A stretch of 64,000 nucleotides of DNA, from the IMG/VR virus record IMGVR_UViG_3300005805_000042. The stretch is one strand, 5' to 3'. Positions 21,132 to 30,800 of this stretch are shown piece by piece. Below the pieces are notes generated by a model. It saw nothing but the letters and a program-made list of their open reading frames with translations. It searched no databases and was not told where the DNA came from. Position 1 is the stretch's first letter; every line of letters starts with the position of its first letter. Source of the DNA: a virus. Made by a program: the position numbers and the translations under genes.

Positions 21132-21602
21132 TTAAATATTCAGTATGACAAAATCACTTTGTGCAAAAGTGTTGTTATCCACAGCATAATCAATTCTTAC
21201 CTTTGCGGTATATTCCGAAGTACCTTTACCAGGGACTTTAAAGATATTATCTCGATTTTGACCAGGTAATGGTTCACCTTTTGCCAACGGAACTTCTTCA
21301 GAAGGGTCAGCAGGTTCAATCGTGATATTATTAATTAATAAATTTGGCATGAATTGTTCTACAGAATCACGAATGTCCGCTTCAATAGCATCGAAGGTTA
21401 AACCATCAAAAGGCTCAAATAAAAATTCATACAATCTTGTACCAAAAGTTGGTAGATAATACCTCGAACCCTTTTTAGTTAATAATAAATGAATTAAATC
21501 ACTTCTAATTTGTGCAAATTGTGTTTCAGTTAATAATAGAAAATCCCCTTTCGGCGAATCCTCAAAAGGAAATGCTAATCCATATGTAACACCTTCAGCC
21601 AT
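21132..21602 (-). CDS. Baseplate wedge protein gp25-like (GPW/gp25)
   Basis: IRSDLIHLLLTKKGSRYYLPTFGTRLYEFLFEP is the gp25 signature. Confidence 0.9.
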   Translation of the reverse strand: MAEGVTYGLAFPFEDSPKGDFLLLTETQFAQIRSDLIHLLLTKKGSRYYLPTFGTRLYEFLFEPFDGLTFDAIEADIRDSVEQFMPNLLINNITIEPADPSEEVPLAKGEPLPGQNRDNIFKVPGKGTSEYTAKVRIDYAVDNNTFAQSDFVILNI

Positions 21603-21607
21603 ATCAG

Positions 21608-21614
21608 ATAAATA
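21608..21614 (-). promoter_or_regulatory. TATTTAT late-gene motif
   Basis: 5 nt upstream of the gp25-like ATG 21602. Confidence 0.6.
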
Positions 21615-21640
21615 TACCCTTGTTTTTTTTATAAGAAATG

Positions 21641-21671
21641 AAAAAACCCGACACTTTCATGACGGGTTTTT
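21641..21671 (-). terminator. Rho-independent terminator after nrdA (possibly bidirectional)
   Basis: aaaaaacccg...cgggttttt inverted repeat flanked by A and T tracts. Confidence 0.65.
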
Positions 21672-21696
21672 CATTCAATACAATAATATCCCTCAA

Positions 21697-23409
21697 TTAT
21701 GCCTCACAAGCGACGCAGTGAAGGTCATTTAAGTTCAATTTCTTTCTTGCAAAAGCTTGAGCAGAATTCATTGAGTGCTGATAATAGAGTGTTTTAACAC
21801 CCAACTGCCACGCGTCAATCAAAAGTTTATTCACATCTTTAGTAGGCATGTCAGGTGATATCATCAAGTTTAAAGATTGTGATTGGTCAATGTAATCTTG
21901 TCTGATTGCCGCTTGGTTAATAATAGTAGATTGGTTAATTTCAGAAAAAGTTCGAAACACTTCTTTTTGCTCATTAGTCAAAAACTCAAGGTGTTGAACT
22001 GAACCATCATGTTTTTTGATACTCTCCCAAGTACTTTTGTTATCTTTACCTAAGTCCGCCAAAAGTCTTTTCAAAACAGGGTTTTTGATAGTTACCTTCA
22101 ATTTTGCGACATCTTTGACATAACAATTAGACCAAATTGGTTCAATTGATTGAGATACTTGTCCTAAAATGAATGCTGATGAAGTTGTTGGTGCAATCGC
22201 ATTTAAAGTAACATTTCTCCTACCATATCCGATTAAAGTTTCAGGTTCACCAAAAATTTGAGCTAATTCTTGAGATGCTTTGTAAGATTTATCTTTGATT
22301 AATTTGAAAACTTCAACATTCAATCTTGCGGTGTCTCTACTATCGAAAGGTAGATTTTTAGATTGTAGTAATGAGTGCCAACCTAAAACGCCCAATCCAA
22401 GAGCTCTTTGTCTTTTGGCAAAGTTATATGCTTTTTCAAGGTAAAAGAACGCCCTTTGTCCTTCGATGGTACCATTGTTTCTGATATTATCGATTTTATC
22501 AATAAACTCTGAAACAACAGCATCCAAGAAATATACCATCATCTCAACCGCGTCGGTGTCTTTCCACTCTTCATAATGCAAAAGATTCATCGAAGAAAGA
22601 ACACAAACAAAAGACTCTTCTTCTGAATTGTGGAGAGCAATTTCAGAACAAAGATTAGAATTATAAATCTTCATATCTTTGTCTTTGTAAACCTCAGGTG
22701 CCTTATTGTTCATAGTATCTGTAAACATAATGTAAGGGTAACCAATTTCCCCCCTTCTTTGAATTACTTTTGCCCATGTTGCTCTTTTTTGTTTATCACC
22801 AGCAATCATTTTTTCCATGAATTCGTCAGTCACAGTTACTGCGTGAGTTAAGTCTTGAATTGGAAACCCTTCAGTTCCGATTTCTAAAAACTCTTTAATA
22901 TCAGGATGTTCAATTGGTAGGTATGGTGAAAAACGACCTCTGCGGGTTGAACCCTGTGATATATTATCAACAACACTTTGAAACAAATTCATAAAATGAA
23001 CCGCACCAGGTGCATGTCCATTATCTGTAATCTCCGCACCTCTTTCACGAATATTACCAAAATAACCAGATGTACCACCACCCATTTTACTCATTTCTCC
23101 AACTTCAGCTTGGGTGTACAAAATTGATTCTATGTTATCTCCAACATTTGAACCAAAACAACTTACGGGAAGCCCTCTCTTTTTACCAAAGTTCGCCCAT
23201 ACAGGTGAAGATAAAGAATACCAACCTTTACCCATATACTCATAAAATTTATCTGCGAATCCATCGATACCGAGCAGAGTTTCTGCGTGGTCACAGATTG
23301 TTTTAATTCTTTCAAGTGAATCTTCACCATCACTCAAGTATCCACGACGGAGAAAAGTAATGGACTCCTCGTTAATCCAATCGAAAGGTTTTCTATCTTC
23401 CATTATCAT
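21697..23409 (-). CDS. nrdA: Ribonucleotide reductase alpha subunit, short NrdAi-type without ATP cone
   Basis: LPVSCF, SNLCSEI active-site motif, AIAPTTSS, C-terminal CVAC pair. Confidence 0.95.
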   Translation of the reverse strand: MIMEDRKPFDWINEESITFLRRGYLSDGEDSLERIKTICDHAETLLGIDGFADKFYEYMGKGWYSLSSPVWANFGKKRGLPVSCFGSNVGDNIESILYTQAEVGEMSKMGGGTSGYFGNIRERGAEITDNGHAPGAVHFMNLFQSVVDNISQGSTRRGRFSPYLPIEHPDIKEFLEIGTEGFPIQDLTHAVTVTDEFMEKMIAGDKQKRATWAKVIQRRGEIGYPYIMFTDTMNNKAPEVYKDKDMKIYNSNLCSEIALHNSEEESFVCVLSSMNLLHYEEWKDTDAVEMMVYFLDAVVSEFIDKIDNIRNNGTIEGQRAFFYLEKAYNFAKRQRALGLGVLGWHSLLQSKNLPFDSRDTARLNVEVFKLIKDKSYKASQELAQIFGEPETLIGYGRRNVTLNAIAPTTSSAFILGQVSQSIEPIWSNCYVKDVAKLKVTIKNPVLKRLLADLGKDNKSTWESIKKHDGSVQHLEFLTNEQKEVFRTFSEINQSTIINQAAIRQDYIDQSQSLNLMISPDMPTKDVNKLLIDAWQLGVKTLYYQHSMNSAQAFARKKLNLNDLHCVACEA

Positions 23410-23421
23410 TAGTTTTTATTA

Positions 23422-24702
23422 TTAGAATAAATCATTTAAAGTTATTGATTTTGATTTTTTGCTGTAGTTAATACTTCTTTTATTAAAAAAGTCTGTGTGT
23501 TTTGTTGTTAAAATTTCATCATCAAACCATTCGGTAGTTTCTAACATTATCTCATCAACTGAGAAAACATTATCTATACCAATAGCATTCAATGATAGAT
23601 TGAATCTGTGTTTAATAAATTCAATTGTCTGTTGTTTGGTCAAAAAGTCTAAGTCACCGTATTCAAAAATCCAATTTACTATCTCCTCCTCGGCTTCAAA
23701 AGCTTCTTTGGAGGCATCAATTAAATCGGAAATCAAATCTTGTGTCCACCATGATGGGTTTTCTTTTTTTATTAAGTTTACCAAAGTAAATCCAAATTCC
23801 GCGTGTATATTCTCCTCCTTTGATGTCGCTTCTACAGCATTACTCATTCCCTTCAAAACATTTTTATGTTTGTTAAAAGACATAATAACCAAGAATTGTG
23901 AGAACAATGAAACATTCTCAACAAACATTGAGAAAAGAACAACAGACTCAAAATAATCTCGATTCTCAACTGATTTAGAGTTAGCAATAGACTTCTCCAA
24001 ATATTTAATTCTTTTACGAATTGCCGGTACTTCAAGTAAATTTTCAAACTCACTGTTCAAACCTAACACTTGAATCAAATTTGAGTACGCATCCGCGTGC
24101 CGGACTTCAGACTCCGCAAAAGTTGCCCCAACATTTCCTATTTCAGGTTTTGGTAATTTTTTATAGATGTCACCCCAAAAGTTCTTGACAGCAATTTCGA
24201 TTTGTGAGATTGCCAACATTGCTCTTTGTACCGAAGTTTTTTCCTTTTCATTTAAATGAACTTTAAAATCTTGAATATCAGAAGTAAAATTGAACTCAGT
24301 ATGAACCCAATATGAATGTCGGATTGCATCAACATATTCAACTAAATCAGGGTACTCATAGGGTTTTAGATTGGTTCTTTTGGTAAAAATATTTGGTTGG
24401 TGTTTCGAACGATAAATAATATACTCTTTTGCAACATCATTCAAACCATTATCCATAAGTTTATTTTCTACCATATCATGAATCTCGTCAACATGAGGTA
24501 CATGATATTTGTTTCCTCTGAAAATTCCTTTGGTAGTTAACCTAGCAATTTTATCCGCCATATCGTCATCAGTCTTTCCAACCGATTCCATAGCCTTTAG
24601 AATTGCTTTTTTTATTTTTTCAGGTTCAAAAAGAACTTTCTCACCGCTTCTTTTTATAACCTGACGAGATTCGTCTATACTGATATTATTTATATCATCC
24701 AT
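23422..24702 (-). CDS. nrdB: Ribonucleotide reductase beta subunit with N-terminal ATP-cone (NrdBi / class Id-like)
   Basis: VIKRSG...FEPEKIKKAI...EIHDMVENKLM...VAKEYIIYR ATP cone. Dimetal ligands QIE, ExxH (EVRH), E (FVEN), ExxH (ENIH). Confidence 0.93.
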   Translation of the reverse strand: MDDINNISIDESRQVIKRSGEKVLFEPEKIKKAILKAMESVGKTDDDMADKIARLTTKGIFRGNKYHVPHVDEIHDMVENKLMDNGLNDVAKEYIIYRSKHQPNIFTKRTNLKPYEYPDLVEYVDAIRHSYWVHTEFNFTSDIQDFKVHLNEKEKTSVQRAMLAISQIEIAVKNFWGDIYKKLPKPEIGNVGATFAESEVRHADAYSNLIQVLGLNSEFENLLEVPAIRKRIKYLEKSIANSKSVENRDYFESVVLFSMFVENVSLFSQFLVIMSFNKHKNVLKGMSNAVEATSKEENIHAEFGFTLVNLIKKENPSWWTQDLISDLIDASKEAFEAEEEIVNWIFEYGDLDFLTKQQTIEFIKHRFNLSLNAIGIDNVFSVDEIMLETTEWFDDEILTTKHTDFFNKRSINYSKKSKSITLNDLF

Positions 24703-24727
24703 AATTTAGATTGTTTTTGATTTTATT

Positions 24728-26131
24728 TTAAATTGGGCTATTATTTTGTTCTTGACGAGCCTTTCTCTTTTCTAACAATTCTTTGATTCTTTCTTGTTTT
24801 TTTTCAACCTGTTGTTCTTCGAAACCTAAGAAGGTAACTGAAGACTCAGTATCGATAATTAACAATTCATTATCAAATTTGCAGTTTTCAAAAACAACAC
24901 CATCTTGACCCAAGCGCGATTTAGTAATTGCCATGGTTGCTAACTTCATTTCTTTTTGTTGAAGAGTTTTAGCAACTGAAATTATAACATGACCAACTTG
25001 AGCTTTCTTGATTGAACCCCCCATTTGGTCGGTGGTTACAACTTCTGAAGAAATTGATGACCGATTACCTTGTGTTGCGGTCCATCCTGCTAAGTTTAGT
25101 TCATGGCACATAGCCTCGAAGTGTCTCATTACAGAACCTTCAGCTTTCCATTCATCGGTCTTAAGGTTGTCAGGTACCACACAATCGATGTAATCTAAAG
25201 TAACCATATCAATCTTAATTCCATCAGCAATCATTTTTCTTACCTGAACTTTGATTTGATTCATTGTCATAGTATCAGACGGGAGTTTTTTCAGAATCAG
25301 TCGGTTTGGCATTGAGTTCTGAACTTCCTGTACTTTTTCCATTACATCTTCTTTCATCAACGATAGGTTATCGGGTTCAATACCAGTCCAAAGGGTAATG
25401 TGTTTTCTTTGAATTATTTTTACATTATCCTCAAAGAATATCTGAAGAACATTGTAACCAATATTGAAAGCAGAATTTGCAATTTTGGTCATCAAAGTAG
25501 TTTTTCCCACACCAGTTGGTGCCAGAATAACACCTATTTCACCTTTCGCCAAACCACCTTTTAACAGTCTATCAAGACCCGCAATACCCATTGGGATAGG
25601 ATGTCTGTAATCATCGTTTAAAACATCATCTAAACCAGTAAAAACATCTAACACACCAGTTTCTCTTTCACCTACTTGTAGGGCTTCTCGTACCATGTTT
25701 TCCACTTGGTCGTATGATTCGAAATCTCCCTGAGTGATTATTTTTTGTGCTTTATCCATCGCCTTTTGAAGTTCTTGTTGTTTACAAAACTTCAACGCCT
25801 TTTCTTGAACAAACACGCTACCATCAAACGGAGCATTTTGAATTTGTTTCAGAGTATCTAAAACAATCTTTAAGACAAGTTCTTGAGAAATTTCTGATTT
25901 AGAAATTTGTTCTAAAGTGTCAAAAGTTGGTGTTGATTGATATTTCCCATAATATTCTCGAATCATTTGAACAACAATTTTAAAGTATTTGTTGTCAAAA
26001 TATGAGGGTTCTAATACATCAACAATGGACTGTGCGAATTCTTTATCTACGATAATTTGGTTTAAAAGTTGTATTTGAAATGTGTTACCGAGATAGTCAA
26101 AATTCTTAGTCATATAATTGTGTGTATTCAT
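24728..26131 (-). CDS. dnaB: Replicative DNA helicase (DnaB / T4 gp41-like)
   Basis: Walker A APTGVGKT, FFED, LDYID, WTATQGNR motifs. Confidence 0.93.
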   Translation of the reverse strand: MNTHNYMTKNFDYLGNTFQIQLLNQIIVDKEFAQSIVDVLEPSYFDNKYFKIVVQMIREYYGKYQSTPTFDTLEQISKSEISQELVLKIVLDTLKQIQNAPFDGSVFVQEKALKFCKQQELQKAMDKAQKIITQGDFESYDQVENMVREALQVGERETGVLDVFTGLDDVLNDDYRHPIPMGIAGLDRLLKGGLAKGEIGVILAPTGVGKTTLMTKIANSAFNIGYNVLQIFFEDNVKIIQRKHITLWTGIEPDNLSLMKEDVMEKVQEVQNSMPNRLILKKLPSDTMTMNQIKVQVRKMIADGIKIDMVTLDYIDCVVPDNLKTDEWKAEGSVMRHFEAMCHELNLAGWTATQGNRSSISSEVVTTDQMGGSIKKAQVGHVIISVAKTLQQKEMKLATMAITKSRLGQDGVVFENCKFDNELLIIDTESSVTFLGFEEQQVEKKQERIKELLEKRKARQEQNNSPI

Positions 26132-26137
26132 TAAATA

Positions 26138-26590
26138 TTACTTAGACAAGTCGTATTCCAAGTACTCGTGAGATAAATTCTCACCTGAAAAAATGTCAGT
26201 TAACCCTTTCAAAATATTTTTTAGGCTGGGGCGTACATCAACCGTATATCTGACTTTAGGTGGGAAAAGTTTACCATCGAAAATTCTGTGAAAAATTTTT
26301 TCTTCACCTAATTTGACATACATATGGAAGTTCTCAGGACCATCAGTATTTGATGTGTTAAGAACCTCAGGGTCCAAGTAAATTGATTCTTGGTTGTCTA
26401 ACATGTATGTGATAGTTTTTAGTTTTAAATCTTGAACTAAGTCATCTTCAACTTGTTGCATAAATTCAACAAGGTCTACGGAACGACCAGCTTTTGGATT
26501 GTAGTTTCTAACATTGTAGAATCTTTGAACTACAAAATTATCGTTAAGAGTCAAAAGGAACTCCATTTTGGTAATTGATTCTTCTTTCAT
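26138..26590 (-). CDS. Hypothetical protein in replication cassette
   Basis: 150-aa ORF between exonuclease and helicase, with an ATGA overlap. Confidence 0.7.
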   Translation of the reverse strand: MKEESITKMEFLLTLNDNFVVQRFYNVRNYNPKAGRSVDLVEFMQQVEDDLVQDLKLKTITYMLDNQESIYLDPEVLNTSNTDGPENFHMYVKLGEEKIFHRIFDGKLFPPKVRYTVDVRPSLKNILKGLTDIFSGENLSHEYLEYDLSK

Positions 26591-27606
26591 AATTGATTTT
26601 GATTAGATTGATTAAATTTTCTTTTTTCTTTTCTTGTTAATTTTAAAAATGGTTTTAAGAACTCAACGAACGCTTCGTCATTCTTAGGGAGATACTTAAA
26701 GAATCCATCGTTCATCATCATTGATATAATATTCTTCCTGTCTCGACCTTCAGGGTCTAAACTCTCTGAGTAATACAATGTAACAACTTCTTGACCCTCT
26801 ACAGTTATCATAGGATTAGCTAAGTCCATAATCCTTTGATTAATTGAGTAAAATTTATCCCCGAATTCACCATCTTTTGTTTGACCATTTACGATATTTT
26901 TTAAAACATTGAGTTTATTATTTTCTTTAATTAATCTCTTTGTTCTTGTTAAAATATCATCAACATTAAGTGTTGTTTCAAGTACCTCAGGGAAAAATTT
27001 TACAAAAGTTTTTTCCCCTAATCTTACAATACCTTGGATGTTATCACTCTTGTCCCCCATAAAAATTTTCACCGTCAAAATGTTTTGATGGGGAATATAA
27101 TAATCTCCAAACTTCACCTTGTCACCCATACGGTATGTGTATCTCTGAAGGGGTGAATAAAGACTTGTCGTCTCGTTAATTAATTGCAGTAAATCCTTAT
27201 CTGAGGAAAAGATAATTTTGTTTTCGTCAGTTGCCATTTGACAGTAAAACGCAATTAAATCATCAGATTCGTTTTCGTCGACCTCAATTTGTCTCACAAA
27301 ACACTCTTCAAGATATTGTTTTACCCTATCTTTTTGTGTGTGGTATGACTCGAGTTTTTCCTCAGTCATATCATTTTTGCGATTTAATTTGTAGTTAGGA
27401 TATATTTCGCGTCTATACTTGGAGTTCTGCTTTCCGTCCCAAAATACGATGACTTTATCGTACTCGTTGTCGACCAACTGTCTACGAAGAGTATTGAGGA
27501 AGTGAAAGACTCCCCCAATATGATTTCCCTCGACAAATAATTCTCGGACTCCGTGGAATCCAATTTTGAATAAATTATCTCCATCTACTAATAAAGTTTT
27601 TATCAC
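26587..27606 (-). CDS. 5'-3' exonuclease / flap endonuclease (T4 RNase H-like)
   Basis: LLVDGDNL, R...YP.YK.NR, ESDDLIA, SSDKDLLQL, GDKSDNIQG motifs; GTG start. Confidence 0.92.
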   Translation of the reverse strand: MIKTLLVDGDNLFKIGFHGVRELFVEGNHIGGVFHFLNTLRRQLVDNEYDKVIVFWDGKQNSKYRREIYPNYKLNRKNDMTEEKLESYHTQKDRVKQYLEECFVRQIEVDENESDDLIAFYCQMATDENKIIFSSDKDLLQLINETTSLYSPLQRYTYRMGDKVKFGDYYIPHQNILTVKIFMGDKSDNIQGIVRLGEKTFVKFFPEVLETTLNVDDILTRTKRLIKENNKLNVLKNIVNGQTKDGEFGDKFYSINQRIMDLANPMITVEGQEVVTLYYSESLDPEGRDRKNIISMMMNDGFFKYLPKNDEAFVEFLKPFLKLTRKEKRKFNQSNQNQL

Positions 27607-27644
27607 TTCTGTGATTTTAAATTGTGAATACCTTGTTGTCTTTT

Positions 27645-28652
27645 TTAATTATCTTCTTTTTCTTCTTTTAAATCAAAATCACCGTCTGTACCAATAATTT
27701 CTTTCCAATATTCTGCATGTTCTGTCTTATACTTTTCAATAGAAGTCTTTTCTTCTGCAGCTTCTTTACCCGCTAAAAACCCGTGTGGTGTTACAATTAT
27801 TTTACCATCCTCATAACCCAAACCATTAATGTGATTTTTCATTACAGATACTTTGGTTCTAATGGCAAACTTGACACTTCTCTTATCTTTGGTTGCCGTA
27901 ATTTTGTTTGTACCCGATTCTTTTTGATTACCAAATAAAAACACCAAAGAAGAATTTAACCAAATTGCCTCACCACCCTTACTTTTAATTTTAGGTTGAC
28001 CAAATGGATTGTCTGGAAGACTTACCCATGGTTGATTAATTATAACTAAAGTATTTTCGAACTTTGATTCAGACTTCCGACTTCCTGAAATACGCTGGTT
28101 AATACCCATTCCAATTTTATCGGCTAATACACCAGCATTCTGCATTTTTCCACCTCGACCTTCGTAAGTCATCTTACAAGGAACTGAACCAACTGAGTCC
28201 CATAAAAATAGTAAATTATATTCCAATTCACCCTTTTCCTGTGCGTCGAGTAAGGAATTAATATAATCAGTAATTTCCTCAATATAATTAAAACCATTAT
28301 TGAAAATGAAAAACCCATCCCAATCTATTTCTCCAGTTGTTTCATCAACAACTTCTTCACATTGAAGTCCCATAAGACGAGCATGTTCAAAACTCCATTT
28401 CTGTTCAGTAATAATAAAGACAGGAAGGATTTCCTTTTTTTGTGAATCTACGGCAGTTTTAACTAACGCAGTTGTTTTCCCTGTATCTGAGTGACCTAAG
28501 AACATATTAATATGACCAATCGCAGGACCCGGAAGACCACTCGCGTCCAAAAAGTCAGGGCCTAAATCAAAAAATCTTTGAGGTTTGTATTTTGCCGAAG
28601 TAGAGTATTTCTTCTTAAAAGAAGAAAAATCAGTTGTTTTCTTTATCGCCAT
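27645..28652 (-). CDS. uvsX: RecA/UvsX-like recombinase
   Basis: Walker A GHSDTGKT, WDSVG Walker B, INQPW, GG..IW motif. Confidence 0.88.
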   Translation of the reverse strand: MAIKKTTDFSSFKKKYSTSAKYKPQRFFDLGPDFLDASGLPGPAIGHINMFLGHSDTGKTTALVKTAVDSQKKEILPVFIITEQKWSFEHARLMGLQCEEVVDETTGEIDWDGFFIFNNGFNYIEEITDYINSLLDAQEKGELEYNLLFLWDSVGSVPCKMTYEGRGGKMQNAGVLADKIGMGINQRISGSRKSESKFENTLVIINQPWVSLPDNPFGQPKIKSKGGEAIWLNSSLVFLFGNQKESGTNKITATKDKRSVKFAIRTKVSVMKNHINGLGYEDGKIIVTPHGFLAGKEAAEEKTSIEKYKTEHAEYWKEIIGTDGDFDLKEEKEDN

Positions 28653-28866
28653 TGTATTTCCAAAATTCTGTTAATACTTGAAGCTTGTCACTTGCATTTG
28701 CCAACTTTTCCACCATATTGTCCATTTCTTCCAAAATTTGTGGGTGTTCACCAATACCGGCAGCATTTTCAAGATAAATCATTAGAGTTGCTTCCGCCTC
28801 CAAGATTTGAGCCTCATACTTTTTTTTGAGACTATCGATTGTTTTTTGTCTTGTTTCTTTTGTCAT
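28630..28866 (-). CDS. Small helical hypothetical protein
   Basis: Start reassigned to ATG 28866 (MTKETRQK); the longer start lies within a terminator hairpin. Confidence 0.7.
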   Translation of the reverse strand: MTKETRQKTIDSLKKKYEAQILEAEATLMIYLENAAGIGEHPQILEEMDNMVEKLANASDKLQVLTEFWKYNGDKENN

Positions 28867-28879
28867 ATTCTTAAGAATT

Positions 28880-28903
28880 AAAAGGGTGGGGGAAACCCCA
28901 CCC
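28880..28903 (-). terminator. Rho-independent terminator after SSB gene
   Basis: gggtgggg-4 nt-ccccaccc 8-bp stem followed by TTTT on the minus strand. Confidence 0.8.
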
Positions 28904-28915
28904 AACTAACTTAAA

Positions 28916-29770
28916 TTAAAATGGTAAATCTTCATCAGGAGTCGCGTTAGCTTGCGGGTCTGTGTAGTTAGAACTACTATTTGACAAACCACCGAATGAT
29001 TCGGTTGCTTCGTCATCAGAACCATAAACATAACCACCCTTGTCAGAATCCCAACGCGGAACTTTGCCACCAGCAATTGCCTCCAAGTATTCGACTGGTT
29101 TCTTAGAATAGACATCAAGCCAGGTTAACTCGTCATTAACCCATGAGTCCATAGTTGTCTTGTCTTCGTGGATAGCTTGTGGGTCGTCGTACATAATTGT
29201 TGAAACAGTTGTGTATGCGGCACCCTTTGGGGTTTTTTGTTTGGTGAGTTCAATGATGAGGTCACGACCTTTTTCTGGGTCTGTAATATCACCTTTATTA
29301 CGCCAAATAGGAATAATCTTATCGAGGATACCTTCATTTTTATAATTGTGTTTGAATCTCCAAAACTTTACGCCGTCTTCTTCGTGGTCACGGTCGATAA
29401 CTTTTACAATATAAAACTTTCGTGATTTGTATTGTTTAGCCAACTCCTTATCAGAGTCCCGTCCTGTTGACATAAGTTCTTCGTAAACCTCATTTAAAGG
29501 TGAACGCTCATTGTCATTTTTGCCTGGGTCGTAAAACTTTTGCCATTTACCACCCACTTGAATCTCGTGATACCACGCCTCTTTAAAGGGTGAACCACCA
29601 TCTTGTGTTGGAAGAATTCGGACACGGCGTGTTCCTGAATTCGATTTATCGTCCAAAATGAGGGCGAAGTATTTCTTCATTCTCTCATCCTGAGACATTT
29701 TTCCTTGGCCAACATTACTGTTTTGTTGGGCCTTTTCGTATTGTGCAAGTACTGCGTCTAATGAACTCAT
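28916..29770 (-). CDS. Single-stranded DNA-binding protein (T4 gp32-like)
   Basis: RRVRILP...PF...H, K...Y.V.VI.R...GVKFWRF, DPEKGRDLII pattern; acidic tail ending DEDLPF; replication context. Confidence 0.8.
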   Translation of the reverse strand: MSSLDAVLAQYEKAQQNSNVGQGKMSQDERMKKYFALILDDKSNSGTRRVRILPTQDGGSPFKEAWYHEIQVGGKWQKFYDPGKNDNERSPLNEVYEELMSTGRDSDKELAKQYKSRKFYIVKVIDRDHEEDGVKFWRFKHNYKNEGILDKIIPIWRNKGDITDPEKGRDLIIELTKQKTPKGAAYTTVSTIMYDDPQAIHEDKTTMDSWVNDELTWLDVYSKKPVEYLEAIAGGKVPRWDSDKGGYVYGSDDEATESFGGLSNSSSNYTDPQANATPDEDLPF

Positions 29771-29836
29771 AAAAAAAAATTAATTTAGGTTAGTGTTATA
29801 AAGATGTAAAATCATAGTTTAATAGTTAAATAAAAT

Positions 29837-29860
29837 AAAAAAGGTTGTGTTTCCACAACC
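29837..29860 (-). terminator. Rho-independent terminator
   Basis: Minus strand ggttgtg-GAAA-cacaacc-tttttt. Confidence 0.8.
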
Positions 29861-29886
29861 CTAATAATAGTAAACTTTTTCAAAAA

Positions 29887-30525
29887 TCAAAACTTATATG
29901 GTAATTGATTTTGTTGGTTCGAACCGAATGTCTTCTTAATTTCTGCGGGACTAATGTCCTCAACCTCGTCACTTGTTAAGATATACTCGTGTTTTCCCGA
30001 TTTTTCCCAATCTTCTTTCTTGTCGTCAAAGAAATCTGAAAGTTTTTTGTTAAATGGTCCTGAATCAATAGTTCTAAGTTCTAATTTTTCCTCTGCGGAT
30101 TTTGGTCTGAATTTCTCAAGTTTTACCTCAATGTCATTTAACTTATTTACCAAGTTATCCATGTCCGATAGTTTTGACTCCAAATTTTGTAGATATCCAA
30201 ATAAATTTTCGAAATATTCTTCTTGTTTGTTTTCAATATTTTTCTGAGCACTTACCAATTCGGTAACATCTAATTCTTGAGTTCCAGTTTCCTCGGTGCT
30301 ACCACCTTCGTTATCAATCTTTTTTACTTCAGTATCAGTTGCTAAATCAATCTTTTCAGGTGTTCCCGTTGGAGCCACTTCAGGATTTGCCGCAGGCAAA
30401 TTATCTTCAGGTTCTGTGGGTCCTTCTAAACCTGGTACAATATTTCCTGCCGCTTGCTCAGAAATATAGTTATTGATTCTATGATGTCTTTGAATTTCTT
30501 TTAATATTTTTTTGTCGATAGCCAT
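29887..30525 (-). CDS. Acidic/coiled-coil hypothetical protein, possible internal head protein
   Basis: 212 aa; Pro/Glu-rich linker and coiled coil. Confidence 0.6.
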   Translation of the reverse strand: MAIDKKILKEIQRHHRINNYISEQAAGNIVPGLEGPTEPEDNLPAANPEVAPTGTPEKIDLATDTEVKKIDNEGGSTEETGTQELDVTELVSAQKNIENKQEEYFENLFGYLQNLESKLSDMDNLVNKLNDIEVKLEKFRPKSAEEKLELRTIDSGPFNKKLSDFFDDKKEDWEKSGKHEYILTSDEVEDISPAEIKKTFGSNQQNQLPYKF

Positions 30526-30529
30526 AGGA

Positions 30530-30754
30530 TTATCCGTTTAATAACTGTTTAATTCCGTTTGGTGTTTCTACACGAACTCTACGATTAAGAGTTACATCGT
30601 GACCGGCTCTTTCTATAAGACCATCTCTTTCTCTGACGGTATAGCAATCTCCAGTGTCTAAGTCACAAACTTGTTTGGTACCATCACCATTATCTTTTTG
30701 TGAGATTCTGGTTTGTTTACCCAAATACTGGTTCAACATTGAATTAATATCCAT
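30530..30754 (-). CDS. Small hypothetical protein
   Basis: Start reassigned to ATG 30754 (MDINSML), 14 nt after a TATTTAT motif; contains CDLDTGDC. Confidence 0.65.
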   Translation of the reverse strand: MDINSMLNQYLGKQTRISQKDNGDGTKQVCDLDTGDCYTVRERDGLIERAGHDVTLNRRVRVETPNGIKQLLNG

Positions 30755-30768
30755 AATTCTTTTTCTTA

Positions 30769-30775
30769 ATAAATA
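30769..30775 (-). promoter_or_regulatory. TATTTAT late-gene motif
   Basis: 14 nt upstream of ATG 30754. Confidence 0.6.
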
Positions 30776-30800
30776 TACAACCAATAAGAATAATCACTTT

